Source: Candidatus Parcubacteria bacterium (GTDB taxonomy: Bacteria; Patescibacteriota; Patescibacteriia; PEXW01). Taken from it: a stretch of DNA of 64,000 bases. The position numbers were made by a program, and so were the translations under genes. Shown piece after piece: positions 20,033 through 30,289 of this stretch. Below the pieces are notes generated by a model, which saw only the letters and a list, made by a program, of their open reading frames with translations, was not told the origin of the DNA and ran no database searches. The stretch lies in NCBI GenBank assembly GCA_003597955.1, contig QZJU01000006.1, positions 34,500-98,499 of the forward strand, read 5' to 3'. The stretch's first letter is position 1; each line of letters opens with the position of its first letter.

Positions 20033-21187
20033 TCATCCAAACATTACCCAGTCAGGCCGAAAAATAAGAAGCAGGCCAATGAAAAAGACGACGACGCCTC
20101 CGATTATACTGGCGATGCGACTGTATTTTCCGTTAAAGCCAATAGAGCGAAAAGTAAATATCGCGATCGCAAAAATCAGCATGTCATCAAGCATAAAAAT
20201 AAATGTGTACAACAGCAGATAGCTATAATGTTGCCAGGACGCGAAGTCGTGCATAGCCAAAATTTGGGTGTAGATAGCCGGCAAACCAGCTGAACAAGCA
20301 AGCTCGATTGTGTTAATCAGTATTGCTAAAATAATAATACCGATTAGCGCTAAGAACAGCGAACGTTTTTGAATTACTTCAGTCATACGATTGGAAATTT
20401 TTTGTTTTTGCTCCAGGTTTGTCACGGTGCATTCTTCAGATTTATTTACAAAAAACCTGCGTATATAGTAAACTCCGACGCCAGCAGCAAAAACGCCGAT
20501 TAGTGCCTGCAACCATCTGACAACCCCGATAAGCTTAAAAAAGTTGAACCAGGCAGCCAAAAATACAAAATAAATTGCAGCTGAAGCTACGATAAAACTT
20601 AAACCAAGAATCCACAAACGCTTTCGGTTTTGCATGCCAATTAACATGCCAATAAGCAGGACTAAAACCCACATTGCGCAGGGGTTGAAGCCATCGAGGG
20701 CCGCAATTATGATGGTTACCATAGGCAAAGAAACGGTGGCCGCATCAATCGAGCCCAAAAGCGGTAAAGAAACCAAAAATGTCCTGGCTTCTTGCGGGGC
20801 TGAAGTTTTTTCGGCTAGTTTGGCTAATTCTTTTTGAAGCAGGGCTTGGATTTGGTTTCCAGTTGTTTCGTTCGTATCAAAACCTACAAGCATTTCGCTG
20901 CCGATAAAAGTGGTCGGAACCCCACTAGCTTGCAGGCCTTTTTCAAGAGTCATTTTTTCCCAAAGTTCCCGATTCTCGACATTAAAATAAATTTCATACA
21001 TCTGGATGTTTATGTCATCCCCGTATTGTTTTTGGAGCTGTTCAAGAAAAATTTTTTCTTTGGCACAATGCGGACAGCCATCTCCCCAGAAAAAATATAT
21101 ATCTACAGCTTTTGCCTGCGTCATAAGCGGAAGACTAGCCGTGAACAGCATGATGAAGCTACAAATTAGCAATTTAATTTTAAGCAT
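20033..21187 (-). CDS. Thioredoxin-fold (CPHC) domain fused to DsbD/CcdA-like membrane domain
   Basis: WGDGCPHC, GVPT, DGFNPCAMWVL, IELACSAGLP. Confidence 0.88.
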   Translation of the reverse strand: MLKIKLLICSFIMLFTASLPLMTQAKAVDIYFFWGDGCPHCAKEKIFLEQLQKQYGDDINIQMYEIYFNVENRELWEKMTLEKGLQASGVPTTFIGSEMLVGFDTNETTGNQIQALLQKELAKLAEKTSAPQEARTFLVSLPLLGSIDAATVSLPMVTIIIAALDGFNPCAMWVLVLLIGMLIGMQNRKRLWILGLSFIVASAAIYFVFLAAWFNFFKLIGVVRWLQALIGVFAAGVGVYYIRRFFVNKSEECTVTNLEQKQKISNRMTEVIQKRSLFLALIGIIILAILINTIELACSAGLPAIYTQILAMHDFASWQHYSYLLLYTFIFMLDDMLIFAIAIFTFRSIGFNGKYSRIASIIGGVVVFFIGLLLIFRPDWVMFG

Positions 21188-21464
21188 TTTTATTATGTAT
21201 TGCGATAGCTCGTCCCTCGACCAAGGCCTGGGAAATTTTTTTTCGAGCGACTTGGAGTAAGCGCTGAAAAGTGCTTTGCGAGGTACGCATATGCTGGGCC
21301 GCTTGGGTTTGTTCCAATCCTCGATAGTCTTTTAGCCACAACGCTTCAAATTCTTCAGGCTGGAGCGCAACTACTTTAAGCATTCGCAAGGGCACACCTC
21401 GAGGTTTGTAATAATTAACCACCGGCCGCCGGCAACTATGATGTAAAAACCTGGGTCTTGGCAT
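21180..21464 (-). CDS. DUF134 family putative DNA-binding protein
   Basis: MPRPR...EEFEAL.L.D..GL.Q..AA..M..S..TFQR.L..ARKKI..AL. Confidence 0.9.
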   Translation of the reverse strand: MPRPRFLHHSCRRPVVNYYKPRGVPLRMLKVVALQPEEFEALWLKDYRGLEQTQAAQHMRTSQSTFQRLLQVARKKISQALVEGRAIAIHNKNA

Positions 21465-21559
21465 ACTTGATTTTTGCTTAGTTATTTGTTAAGTTTTTTA
21501 ATGAAAGAAGGCCAACCGGCCTCCCACTTTGCGTGAAAGGCCGGCGCGCGTGCCTTCTT

Positions 21560-21802
21560 TTATTTCCGGCGGCCTTTTAAGGCTGCTTTTTCTTCTTTAA
21601 TTGCTTGGAGTTCGGCTTCAAGCAATTTTTCCTCTTCATCTAAAGCCAACATTTCATTTTTAGGCGAAATAAATCTCCGACCAAATCCATTCCAGCCGGC
21701 GCTATAGCCCCGCCCTCGGTACAGACCACCACCGCAAGGGCCTAAGCCCCGTCCTGTGCCAGGCCCGTAACCCATGGGGCCGGTTCCGTCAAATCTAGGC
21801 AT
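21560..21802 (-). CDS. DUF5320 family protein
   Basis: MPRFDGTGPMGYGPGTGRGLGPC N-terminus and C-terminal coiled coil. Confidence 0.88.
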   Translation of the reverse strand: MPRFDGTGPMGYGPGTGRGLGPCGGGLYRGRGYSAGWNGFGRRFISPKNEMLALDEEEKLLEAELQAIKEEKAALKGRRK

Positions 21803-21816
21803 ATGAATCACCCCCT

Positions 21817-21846
21817 TTCTATTATGAATATATATTCATAATAGAA
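21817..21846. promoter_or_regulatory. 30-bp perfect palindrome (putative operator) overlapping a minus-strand promoter
   Basis: TTCTATTATGAATATATATTCATAATAGAA; TTGACA-N17-TATTAT on minus strand. Confidence 0.7.
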
Positions 21847-21874
21847 TAAGGCATATTTTGTGTCAAGCTGGTTT

Positions 21875-22570
21875 TTATTTAATTTTGTTAAGGATTTTCT
21901 CAAGCTCCCCGGGCAACCGTGCTTCGAATGATTTTTTTAAACCGTTTAAATCCGCGAATTCCAATTTCCAAGAATGCAAGAAAGGCCGGTCAAGCTCCAC
22001 TTTTTGTTTGACCTTTTTGGTTCGGTAAACTTTATCGCCGACAATCGGCATGCCATACGCCAAAAGGTGGGCGCGGATTTGGTTTGACCGGCCGGTTTCA
22101 ATTTCAATTTCCAGCAAAGTCAGATGCTGGAATTTTTTTAAAACATAAAAGCGGGTGATGGCTTCGCGGGTTTTTTCCGTAGCCTGCGGTTGGGCGCTCA
22201 TGCGGCCTTTTTTGCGTCGGGAACGCGCCAAAGGGAAGTTAATCACGCCCTCGGGCTTGCCTGGCCGACCGTGCACCAAGGCCAGGTAGATTTTTTTAAT
22301 GGCGTGAGCTTGGAACTGTTTTTTTAAATGCAAAAACATTCTTTGGGTTTTGGGAATGACCATAACTCCCGAAACTTCCATATCCAGGCGATGGACCAGG
22401 CCCGGCCGGCCGGGGTCTTCGCCGACCTCGGCGATCTCGGGGTATTTCCGGATTAGCCAGTGCACCAAAGTCTGCGCCTTTTCATGATGTTCAGCGGGAT
22501 GGACCAATAAGCCGCTGGGCTTATCAATGACTAAGTAGTCAGCGGTTTCTTGGATAATTTTAATATCCAT
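21875..22570 (-). CDS. RluA-family pseudouridine synthase
   Basis: DKPSGL, VHRLDMEVSG, TGRSNQIRAH, PIVGD. Confidence 0.95.
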   Translation of the reverse strand: MDIKIIQETADYLVIDKPSGLLVHPAEHHEKAQTLVHWLIRKYPEIAEVGEDPGRPGLVHRLDMEVSGVMVIPKTQRMFLHLKKQFQAHAIKKIYLALVHGRPGKPEGVINFPLARSRRKKGRMSAQPQATEKTREAITRFYVLKKFQHLTLLEIEIETGRSNQIRAHLLAYGMPIVGDKVYRTKKVKQKVELDRPFLHSWKLEFADLNGLKKSFEARLPGELEKILNKIK

Positions 22571-23312
22571 ATTTTTTTGCCGCGAAGCGGCGTCCCGCTA
22601 CGCTGACCAAACCGGCTTTTTGGCAAAGGACTTGGAATGGTTTTTTTTGCTGAGTGATTTTTTTAAGTTCCATTCGCCAAATTTTCGGCCGAATATTTAG
22701 TTGCGGTAGGGTTTTTACGGTTTTTACCAAAGCAGCCCAGGTCTTTGGTTCGAATTTAAAATTTAATTCCGCAGCTAGCCGCAAAGCCCTTAAAATTCTG
22801 GAATGGTCCTCGGCAAATCTTTGTTTTGGTTGACCCACCGTCGATATTTGTTTTTTTCGCAAATCCGCAACACCACCAAAAGGATCCAGCAATTTTGCTT
22901 TTTTTAAATCCCAAGCCAGGGCATTAATGGTGAAATCCCGCCTTTTTAAATCAGTTTTCACGGGCAGGTTGGGCTTGGCAGTTATTTCAAAATCAAAATA
23001 CTTGCCAGTATTTTTGGCTTTTTCCCGCCTGGGCAGAGCCACATCAATTGCTTGTTTGCCGATTTTTACTGTCAGCACACCCCACTTTTCGCCCTTGGAG
23101 TCAACGGCACCCAGGTTTTTAAGTTGGGATTTCAGTTGGTTTAAAGATATTTTTCTCACCAGCAAGTCCAGATCTTTGATTTTTCTTTTCAGCAAAATGT
23201 CTCTAACTGCCCCGCCGACCAGAAAAACCTCGGCGGATTTTGGCAAGCGCGCCAGGATTGTTTTGATACCCTGGGTGCTGGCTGTGAAGTTGACCATAGC
23301 TGAAGGTAGCAT
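22560..23312 (-). CDS. CCA-adding/poly(A) polymerase family nucleotidyltransferase
   Basis: VGGAVRD, DLD, DLKRRDFTINALA, RFAEDHSRILRA. Confidence 0.92.
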   Translation of the reverse strand: MLPSAMVNFTASTQGIKTILARLPKSAEVFLVGGAVRDILLKRKIKDLDLLVRKISLNQLKSQLKNLGAVDSKGEKWGVLTVKIGKQAIDVALPRREKAKNTGKYFDFEITAKPNLPVKTDLKRRDFTINALAWDLKKAKLLDPFGGVADLRKKQISTVGQPKQRFAEDHSRILRALRLAAELNFKFEPKTWAALVKTVKTLPQLNIRPKIWRMELKKITQQKKPFQVLCQKAGLVSVAGRRFAAKKYGY

Positions 23313-23452
23313 ATCTCAACCTTGAAACTTTAACAAAAGTCAGGTAAGACAAAGAGGTAGGCAGATTTTGCTTATGCGGTCTCGCGATCTGAACCTCGCA
23401 TGGTCGAAAGCCTAAAAAACATTTCTTGATTTCTGTGGTCAGCCTGCTTGGC

Positions 23453-23527
23453 CGGCTCCTAGCTCAACGGTAGAGCAGGTGTCTTATACACACCTGGTTC
23501 CAGGTTCGAATCCTGGGGAGCCGACCA
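23453..23527 (+). tRNA. tRNA-Ile(UAU)
   Basis: CGGCTCC/GGAGCCG acceptor, GGTGT-CTTATAC-ACACC anticodon arm, TTCGAAT T-loop, ACCA. Confidence 0.88.
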
Positions 23528-23539
23528 GTCCGGCGGGCA

Positions 23540-23602
23540 GTCACACGACCGGTTCCTGGTTTCCATCCTCCGGAGGACGGGCGAGTCCAGGGGCGCGTGC
23601 CA
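23540..23602 (+). pseudogene. tRNA 3'-half remnant with hairpin inserted in T-loop
   Basis: CCTGGTT-[TCCATCCTCCGGAGGACGGG]-CGAGTCCAGG...GCCA. Confidence 0.6.
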
Positions 23603-23666
23603 GAAGTTAGAGAAATTAACAAACAAAAAGACGCCAACAACTTTTGGTTGTGTGTTTTTTTAGAGC

Positions 23667-24716
23667 TTATTTAAAATTCTTGCCCGAAGTTATTGCGGCA
23701 GCGGAGTTTTTGCCAAGATTCCCCCATTTGCCGAACCAGCGGATGAGTTTAGAAACAATCAAGCCCTCTTCCAGTTTTAAGAAAAACAGAGCGGTGGCTA
23801 CGAATTGGAAAGTTGAGAATATGCTCGTCAGCAAAATTGAGATGATTACAAAAATTACAAAAGAAGCATTGAGATAGTTTACCAAACCGGGCACAGCCGT
23901 GGTGGCCGAGCTGAAAAGAATGTTGATTATATTGGGCAGAAAAATTACGCTAATAATTGTGGCCGCGATTACCAATATTAAGAAAATCAAAAAGGCCATT
24001 TCCAAGGTGGCCAGCCAATTCTTGATGAAAAGTCGCCAGGCCGAAACGATGGCTGCTTTTAATTTTAAATTCTTTATCACCGCGTAGGCCGAAGCGTATT
24101 GCAGAAGAAAGGCGACAATCACGGCAATGGGCACCAGGATAATAAAATTCAAGAATAGCAAAAGATTCGCCCAGAATTCTTGACCGCGAATGAAATATAA
24201 AGCCAGCAAAGGCAAGCCCAGAACAATCACTAAACCCGTGGTGATTATGTGATTAAAAAGATTCAGCCAGAAAACCGGCCAGAATTTTCGAGTCCCGTCC
24301 CTAAAACTTTCTTCCGGCTGGACCAGTTTTCCCTGTCGGAATTTATCCGTAGCCGAGATCAAAGCGCCTTGTGAAAGTACCGAAAGCCAGACGCAGAAAA
24401 CGAAAATGCCCAAGATGATAAGGATTGCCAAAAGATTGGCGAAAGTCAGATTGGCGAAAAATAGCTTGATGTTATTGAAGATGTATTCCAGAGTTTTGGA
24501 TTCGTATAAAATTCTGGCATTATTCAGGTTTTCGCCCTGATTTTCCAAAAAGGTCACATTGTTAAAAAACGCTCGAAATCCGCTGGCCACGCCCGAGTTC
24601 AGCAGAATTGCAAAAAAGCCGAAAAACCACAAATACTTGTGCCGCCAAGTCATGCGCCAGGCCTCGATGAGTGTTTGCCGGTAGATTGAAGTTTTCATAT
24701 TTTTATCTTCCTCCAT
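23667..24716 (-). CDS. Hypothetical multi-pass membrane protein
   Basis: Long ORF with many TM segments. Confidence 0.8.
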   Translation of the reverse strand: MEEDKNMKTSIYRQTLIEAWRMTWRHKYLWFFGFFAILLNSGVASGFRAFFNNVTFLENQGENLNNARILYESKTLEYIFNNIKLFFANLTFANLLAILIILGIFVFCVWLSVLSQGALISATDKFRQGKLVQPEESFRDGTRKFWPVFWLNLFNHIITTGLVIVLGLPLLALYFIRGQEFWANLLLFLNFIILVPIAVIVAFLLQYASAYAVIKNLKLKAAIVSAWRLFIKNWLATLEMAFLIFLILVIAATIISVIFLPNIINILFSSATTAVPGLVNYLNASFVIFVIISILLTSIFSTFQFVATALFFLKLEEGLIVSKLIRWFGKWGNLGKNSAAAITSGKNFK

Positions 24717-24787
24717 ACCGGTTCAGTATATCAAAAATACCGTGGCCTAGGAAAAGCCGTGAAAAAAATTCAGAATCCGCAGTTTTT

Positions 24788-26626
24788 TTAGACTTTTACC
24801 TTAACGGGCAGGAACTTTTTTGTTAAGTCGGCGAATTCTTCCTGCTCGATGGTTTCGTGGTCAAGCAGGGCGGAAACAATCGCATCCAAGGCCTCTCGGT
24901 ATTTGCGGATCACTTTCTTGGCGGTTTCCGCGGCTTGCTTCAGGAATCTGTCAACGGCCGCGTCAATGGCCTCGGCGATTTTTTCTGAGTAGTCCCTTTG
25001 CTCGGTTATTTCGCGGCCCAAAAAGATTAAATCATCTTTCATGCCAAAGGTTCGGGCGCCCAACTCGCTCATACCATAATCCGTAACGAGCTTGCGCGCC
25101 AGGCGCGTGGCTTGGCGCAGATCGTTTTGCGCGCCCGTGGTAATGTCGCCAAAAATTTCCCTTTCCGCAACTTGGCCGGCCAGCATCACGGCTAAATCGT
25201 CCAAAAATTCCTTACGTGGATGTAAGTGCTTGTCGGTTTCTGGCAATTTCAAAGTATAGCCGGCAGCCTGGCCGCGGGAGATAATAGAAACTTTATGCAC
25301 GGGATCAGTGTGGGGCAAAGCGGCGGCAACCAAAGCGTGGCCAGCCTCGTGCACGGCCGTGATCTTCTTTTCTTGGTCGCTTAAAATGTGACTTTTTCTT
25401 TCCGGGCCCAGCAGAACTTTTTCAATTGATTCCAGGCAGTCAGATAAGTTAACCTGCTTGCGGTTGCGTCGCGCCGCCAAAATCGCCGCTTCATTCAGAA
25501 GGTTGGCCAGGTCGGCGCCGGAAAAACCGGGCGTGCGCTGGGCGACTTTATTCAGATCGACATCCGGCCCCAAAGGCTTTTGTCGGCTGTGGACTTTCAG
25601 AATCTCGACGCGGCTTTTCAGGTCCGGCGGATCCAGAATTACGCGACGATCAAAGCGCCCGGGCCGCAAAAGCGCGGGATCCAAGACATCGGGTCGGTTG
25701 GTGGCTGCAATTATAATCACATTGGTTTCCGTATCAAAACCATCCATTTCTACCAAAATTTGATTTAGGGTCTGTTCTCTTTCATCGTGGCTGCCGCCCA
25801 AACCCGTGCCGCGTTGGCGCGCCACCGCATCGATTTCGTCCACGAAGATTATGCTCGGCGCGGCCTTTTTGGCACGACGGAACAGGTCCCGCACCCGGGA
25901 AGCGCCAACACCCACAAACATTTCCACGAATTCCGAACCTGACATATGAAAGAAAGGGACATTGGCTTCGCCGGCAACGGCTTTGGCGAGCAAGGTTTTG
26001 CCCGTACCCGGCGCGCCCACCAACAAAACCCCCTTGGGAATTTTTGCGCCCAAGTCCGTGAATTTTTTGGGAAACTTCAAAAAGTCAACCACTTCCACTA
26101 GTTCCTGTTTGGCCTCCTGCACGCCCGCCACATCTTTAAAAGTGACTTTGACTTTCTGTTTTTCACGCTCATTTTCTTTGGCCAGGCTTTGGCCGAAAGA
26201 CATGGCGCGGTTGTTGACATTCTGAGCTTGGCGCATCATAAACCAGAAAAAACCGATGAACAACAGAACCGGCAGGGCGATCGGCAGAATGGCGCTTAAC
26301 CAAAGCGAAGCACCAGAAGGCTGTTTGACGCTGATTTCCAAAGCCGAAATTTTTTCCGGCGGTACACCGTAGTTTTTCAGAACCGTGGTAAAGGAATCGG
26401 CCGATTCTTTGAAGGAAGTTTGTTTTTCCCCGTTGGTTAAAGTTAAATTCAGCTTATCTCCGGAAATTTGCACGCTTTTAATCTGGCCGTTCTGAATTTG
26501 GGTAATAGCTTCTGCCAGGCTAACATTCTTGGCTCGGTTGCTTTCGCTGTTAATCGTGGAAAATACCAAAGAAACAATAAAAAGCGCCAGAAGTCCGACC
26601 ACGAGATTTTTGCTTAAATTTTTCAT
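24788..26626 (-). CDS. ftsH: ATP-dependent zinc metalloprotease FtsH
   Basis: [11 protein letters not shown] motif, HEAGH. Confidence 0.98.
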   Translation of the reverse strand: MKNLSKNLVVGLLALFIVSLVFSTINSESNRAKNVSLAEAITQIQNGQIKSVQISGDKLNLTLTNGEKQTSFKESADSFTTVLKNYGVPPEKISALEISVKQPSGASLWLSAILPIALPVLLFIGFFWFMMRQAQNVNNRAMSFGQSLAKENEREKQKVKVTFKDVAGVQEAKQELVEVVDFLKFPKKFTDLGAKIPKGVLLVGAPGTGKTLLAKAVAGEANVPFFHMSGSEFVEMFVGVGASRVRDLFRRAKKAAPSIIFVDEIDAVARQRGTGLGGSHDEREQTLNQILVEMDGFDTETNVIIIAATNRPDVLDPALLRPGRFDRRVILDPPDLKSRVEILKVHSRQKPLGPDVDLNKVAQRTPGFSGADLANLLNEAAILAARRNRKQVNLSDCLESIEKVLLGPERKSHILSDQEKKITAVHEAGHALVAAALPHTDPVHKVSIISRGQAAGYTLKLPETDKHLHPRKEFLDDLAVMLAGQVAEREIFGDITTGAQNDLRQATRLARKLVTDYGMSELGARTFGMKDDLIFLGREITEQRDYSEKIAEAIDAAVDRFLKQAAETAKKVIRKYREALDAIVSALLDHETIEQEEFADLTKKFLPVKVKV

Positions 26627-26736
26627 AAGTTAAAGCCAATTAACTTAGACTGCAGTGGGCGTAGTATACTGGCAAAAACCGATTTAATCAACTCTGTACT
26701 CGAGCGGGGCGAATGGTGCGGGGCCAAGCGCCATAC

Positions 26737-27942
26737 TTAGGCTGTGGACTTTGATTCGGTTTTAGTTTCCGCGTCCCCTGCCTTAGCCTCATCGACCAGA
26801 GCGGTGCTGGCCGCTTCTGTTTCGCTGGCTTTTTCCGTTTCGGCTTCAGGTACAGGCCCCAGGGCTTTCACGGATAAGCCCAGCCGGTGTTGCGCCGGAT
26901 CAAAAGAAATAATTTTGAATTCGCGCGTTTCGCCCGGCCGGAGAATTTCCGAAGGCTCTTTTATGCGCTTATGGGAAAGCTCGGATATGTGGCAAAGCCC
27001 GTGTATGACATCGTCCAATTCCACAAAAGCGCCAAATGTATTCAACCGCGCGATTTTGCCTTTTACCGTATCTCCGACTTTATACTTTTCGGCCGCGTGG
27101 TGCCAGGGATCGTCGGCCAATCTTTTTAAGGAGAGAGAAATTTTTGAACCCTCAATGCCGATAATCATGGCCTTGATCGGTTGGCCAACCTGGTAATGCT
27201 CGCGGGGGTTGTCGATTCTTTGCCAGGAAAGTTCCGAGATGTGGACCAAGCCTTCCAAATTGTCGCCAAAACCGATAAAAATGCCAAAATCGACAATGCC
27301 CGTGACTTTGCCTTCGATAATTTGGTTCAATTGAAAACCCCGCAGGGCTTCAACGCGTTCTTCTTCCCAGGCGGCTTTTTCCGAAACGATTAGTTTATTG
27401 GCGGCTTCATCAATGTCCAGAATTTTTACGGTCAGGTTTTGGCCGACAAAGCGATTCAGCAATTCCAAAATTTTATTTTTATCGCCGCCTTCAACTCGCG
27501 GGTAATGTTCAGGCGTTAATTGCGAGACCGGCAAAAAACCGTCGATGCGTCCGACTTTAACCATTAAACCACCCTTATTCGCGGCGACCACACTAACCCT
27601 GATCGGTTCTTTGCTGGCCAACAAAGCGTCCAATTCGTTCCAGGCCTTTTCGTGTCCGGCCAAGCGGAAAGAAAGTTCCATTTCCCCGTTTTCATTTTCC
27701 AAATCTAAGACCGTCGCCTTGGCCAAATTCCCGATTTTCAAGCTGGCGGTTTCCCCGGATTCATCAATAAGTTCCTTGCCCCTGACCACGCCGGTTAATA
27801 TTCCACCGATGTCAAGATGGATTTCGGATTTTGATAAGGCAATTACCTTGCCTTCAACCACTTCACCAACTTTTGGGAATTTTGGCTGATCGGAGGAATT
27901 TAAAAGTGTACCAAATTCTGACTGCGGATTTTTGGAATTCAT
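26737..27942 (-). CDS. rpsA: 30S ribosomal protein bS1 (four S1 domains)
   Basis: Four S1 repeats (GFLPVSQL, GLVHISELS, GLCHISELS); start taken at MNSKNPQ. Confidence 0.92.
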   Translation of the reverse strand: MNSKNPQSEFGTLLNSSDQPKFPKVGEVVEGKVIALSKSEIHLDIGGILTGVVRGKELIDESGETASLKIGNLAKATVLDLENENGEMELSFRLAGHEKAWNELDALLASKEPIRVSVVAANKGGLMVKVGRIDGFLPVSQLTPEHYPRVEGGDKNKILELLNRFVGQNLTVKILDIDEAANKLIVSEKAAWEEERVEALRGFQLNQIIEGKVTGIVDFGIFIGFGDNLEGLVHISELSWQRIDNPREHYQVGQPIKAMIIGIEGSKISLSLKRLADDPWHHAAEKYKVGDTVKGKIARLNTFGAFVELDDVIHGLCHISELSHKRIKEPSEILRPGETREFKIISFDPAQHRLGLSVKALGPVPEAETEKASETEAASTALVDEAKAGDAETKTESKSTA

Positions 27943-28068
27943 ATAACAAAAAAATGACTTAACCGTGGCCTTGTTTAGGAAACATGAGGCCCCTGGCTCG
28001 CCCTGCACGTTAGCAGGACGATTGGCGAATCGTAAAAAATCGAAAAGTACAAGCTTAAGTATCCTACT

Positions 28069-29088
28069 TTGGCTGTAATAATTAAGCAAGATATTGACGA
28101 AATTGAGTTTTTTTGGTATAGTATGCGCATGGTTAAATCCCGCACGCCAAATCTTCGCACTAATGAAATAAAAAAACTCGCCCATACTTTGGTTTCCAAG
28201 GCTTCAGACAAATGGGGCCAGAAACCGATTTCCAAGCAGGAGTTTAAAAAATTGGTGGAAAGAGCCCCAGGCGAACATTTTTCGCAAATTCGAAGCGGCC
28301 GGAAATTTTTTTCGCCCCACGAAACCAAAAATTTTTTTAAGGAGTTCGTGAAGCATATTCAAGAACATCCCGAGTACAAACTCTCCACAGCCGCGCGGAA
28401 AGTTTTTAATGTGCGTCTGCACCAAGGCGATAATGCGATTGAAAATTTCGATCCGGAGAAAATCGGGAAAAAGGGCCTGGCTTTCGTGGCCCAAGCGCAA
28501 AAAGAGGCTGATGCAAAATTAAACACCGGGCCGACCGAAGAGGAAAAATTAAAGCAGTTGCGCCGGGAACGCGCCATGAAATTTTTAAATGTGTATCGCA
28601 GCAAGCAGCAGCGCGACGCCATGGCAAGCGGCAAAGGCTCGGGCCCCCCTTCAAGCATCAGCCAAGCCCAAACAAAGCAAGCCACGGGCTCAGTGGTTTC
28701 CCACGAAGGCGCGGGCACCATTGCTGGCGCCAGCCAAGTCGCCGGCCAAAGTGGGCAGGCCAGCGCCTCGATTGCCAATCAGCCAAAGGCGGATCAAGCC
28801 GGTCAACAGGATTCCGCCAGCCCCACACCTCTGGCCGCGGGCTTGCGCCAAGCCGGCAAGCCGGACTCAACTGAACCCACTAAGATAAAAATTCCAAAAA
28901 TCGGCCCGGCTGACGAACCGGCCAAAGATCAGCCAACCGATGCGCAATCCCAAGAATCAAACCAGGATTTAGCGGGCCGCTACGCGGCCGAAAAATCTGC
29001 GGCGCCAAAACCCGAAACCGAAGAAGCCGAGTCCGAAAAAGAGCCCAAAATTAAAGCCTCGGAAGTGGATAAAGACCTGCCGCTTTAA
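28069..29088 (+). CDS. Hypothetical protein with low-complexity C-terminal half
   Basis: Long ORF; real start probably ~28122-28130. Confidence 0.7.
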   Translation: MAVIIKQDIDEIEFFWYSMRMVKSRTPNLRTNEIKKLAHTLVSKASDKWGQKPISKQEFKKLVERAPGEHFSQIRSGRKFFSPHETKNFFKEFVKHIQEHPEYKLSTAARKVFNVRLHQGDNAIENFDPEKIGKKGLAFVAQAQKEADAKLNTGPTEEEKLKQLRRERAMKFLNVYRSKQQRDAMASGKGSGPPSSISQAQTKQATGSVVSHEGAGTIAGASQVAGQSGQASASIANQPKADQAGQQDSASPTPLAAGLRQAGKPDSTEPTKIKIPKIGPADEPAKDQPTDAQSQESNQDLAGRYAAEKSAAPKPETEEAESEKEPKIKASEVDKDLPL

Positions 29089-29183
29089 GCCTTAAAATCG
29101 CTTGCTAATTCCGGTTTTTTTTGCTAACCTAAGCTTAAAAGCAAGCGATTTTTCCGTCTTTAAAAACCTGATTAAATTAGTGT

Positions 29184-29834
29184 ATGATAATCACCTGGTT
29201 CGGTCATTCCTGCTTTAAAATTCAAACCCCAAACGCTGTAGTTTTAATTGATCCGTATTCGCCCAGCATCGGCTTAAAAATGCCCAAGGTTAGCGCAGAT
29301 CTGGTTTTGATAACCCATGGCCATGACGACCACAACAATTTAGACTGTTTAAACGGCACGCCATTTATCGTTGATGCGCCGGGCGAATATGAGGTTCGTG
29401 GAATTTTTGCTCACGGCATCCCGGCTTTTCATGATGATAAAAATGGTACGGAAAGAGGCGGGATCACAATTTATAATTTGGAAGCCGAAGATATAAAATT
29501 GGCGCATTTGGGCGATTTGGGCCAAAAAAAGTTAACCGATGAGCAGTTTGAACATTTAAACGGCGTGGATATCTTATTTATTCCAGTCGGCGGCACGTAC
29601 ACAATTGACGGCAAAGCCGCGGCGGAATTAATTACCGAACTGGAGCCGCGGATTGTTATCCCGATGCACTATAAGGTGCCAGGCCTAAGCGCTAAATTAA
29701 ATTTGAGTGGCGTGGAAAATTTTATGAAGCACATGGGCATTACTAGCAATGGCCGTGAAGATAAGTTAAAAGTTGCAAAAAAAGACTTGCCCCAGGAAGA
29801 CACTCGCGTTGTAATTCTCCGGCCAGCAGTTTAA
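29184..29834 (+). CDS. MBL-fold metallo-hydrolase
   Basis: GHSCF, THGHDDH, HLGD, PVGG, IPMHY. Confidence 0.92.
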   Translation: MIITWFGHSCFKIQTPNAVVLIDPYSPSIGLKMPKVSADLVLITHGHDDHNNLDCLNGTPFIVDAPGEYEVRGIFAHGIPAFHDDKNGTERGGITIYNLEAEDIKLAHLGDLGQKKLTDEQFEHLNGVDILFIPVGGTYTIDGKAAAELITELEPRIVIPMHYKVPGLSAKLNLSGVENFMKHMGITSNGREDKLKVAKKDLPQEDTRVVILRPAV

Positions 29835-29842
29835 TAGTTTTT

Positions 29843-30289
29843 ATGCCTAATATTGATTCCATAACTCCCCATCCCAAAAAAGTCAGAAAGAAGGCTAGCT
29901 GGAAATCACCGCTGGGCGAGTCACGGCCGGCCGGTTTGGAGGCGAAAAAACGCAAAAGACTAGTTTGGTTTTCGGTGATTTCCGTGACTGCAGTCATTTT
30001 GGTGGTTTGGTTCGGAACTTTGGACGAGCGTTTGCGTTTTGGCAATGCCAATAATTCTGCCTGGCAAAATCTTAAGCAAAGATTAAGCGAGGTTTTTTCT
30101 TTCAGCAAACCGGCTAACGAAGCGATAAAAAACATCAACCCCGGCGACATTTCCGAATCTGAATTGGAATATTTGCGCGAACAAGTCTTCCCTGCCGAAC
30201 TAAACCAGGGCTTATCAAATCAGAATTCAAATTTAAACCAAAACGGCAACCAAAATAGCAATTCGAATTTAAACGCCAATGCCTCCTAA
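29843..30289 (+). CDS. Hypothetical single-pass membrane protein, Asn-rich tail
   Basis: One TM, NQNSN repeats. Confidence 0.7.
   Translation: MPNIDSITPHPKKVRKKASWKSPLGESRPAGLEAKKRKRLVWFSVISVTAVILVVWFGTLDERLRFGNANNSAWQNLKQRLSEVFSFSKPANEAIKNINPGDISESELEYLREQVFPAELNQGLSNQNSNLNQNGNQNSNSNLNANAS

Noticed and set aside
23345-23452. Possible structured RNA upstream of tRNA-Ile(UAU)
   Set aside because: Only a weak closing stem; no family recognised and no second copy
26714-26723. TGGTGCGGGG resembling one MITE end
   Set aside because: No partner TIR and no TTGA flank
27943-28185. N-terminal extension of rpsA in the ORF track
   Set aside because: Runs through promoter/leader and overlaps the divergent gene; not S1-like
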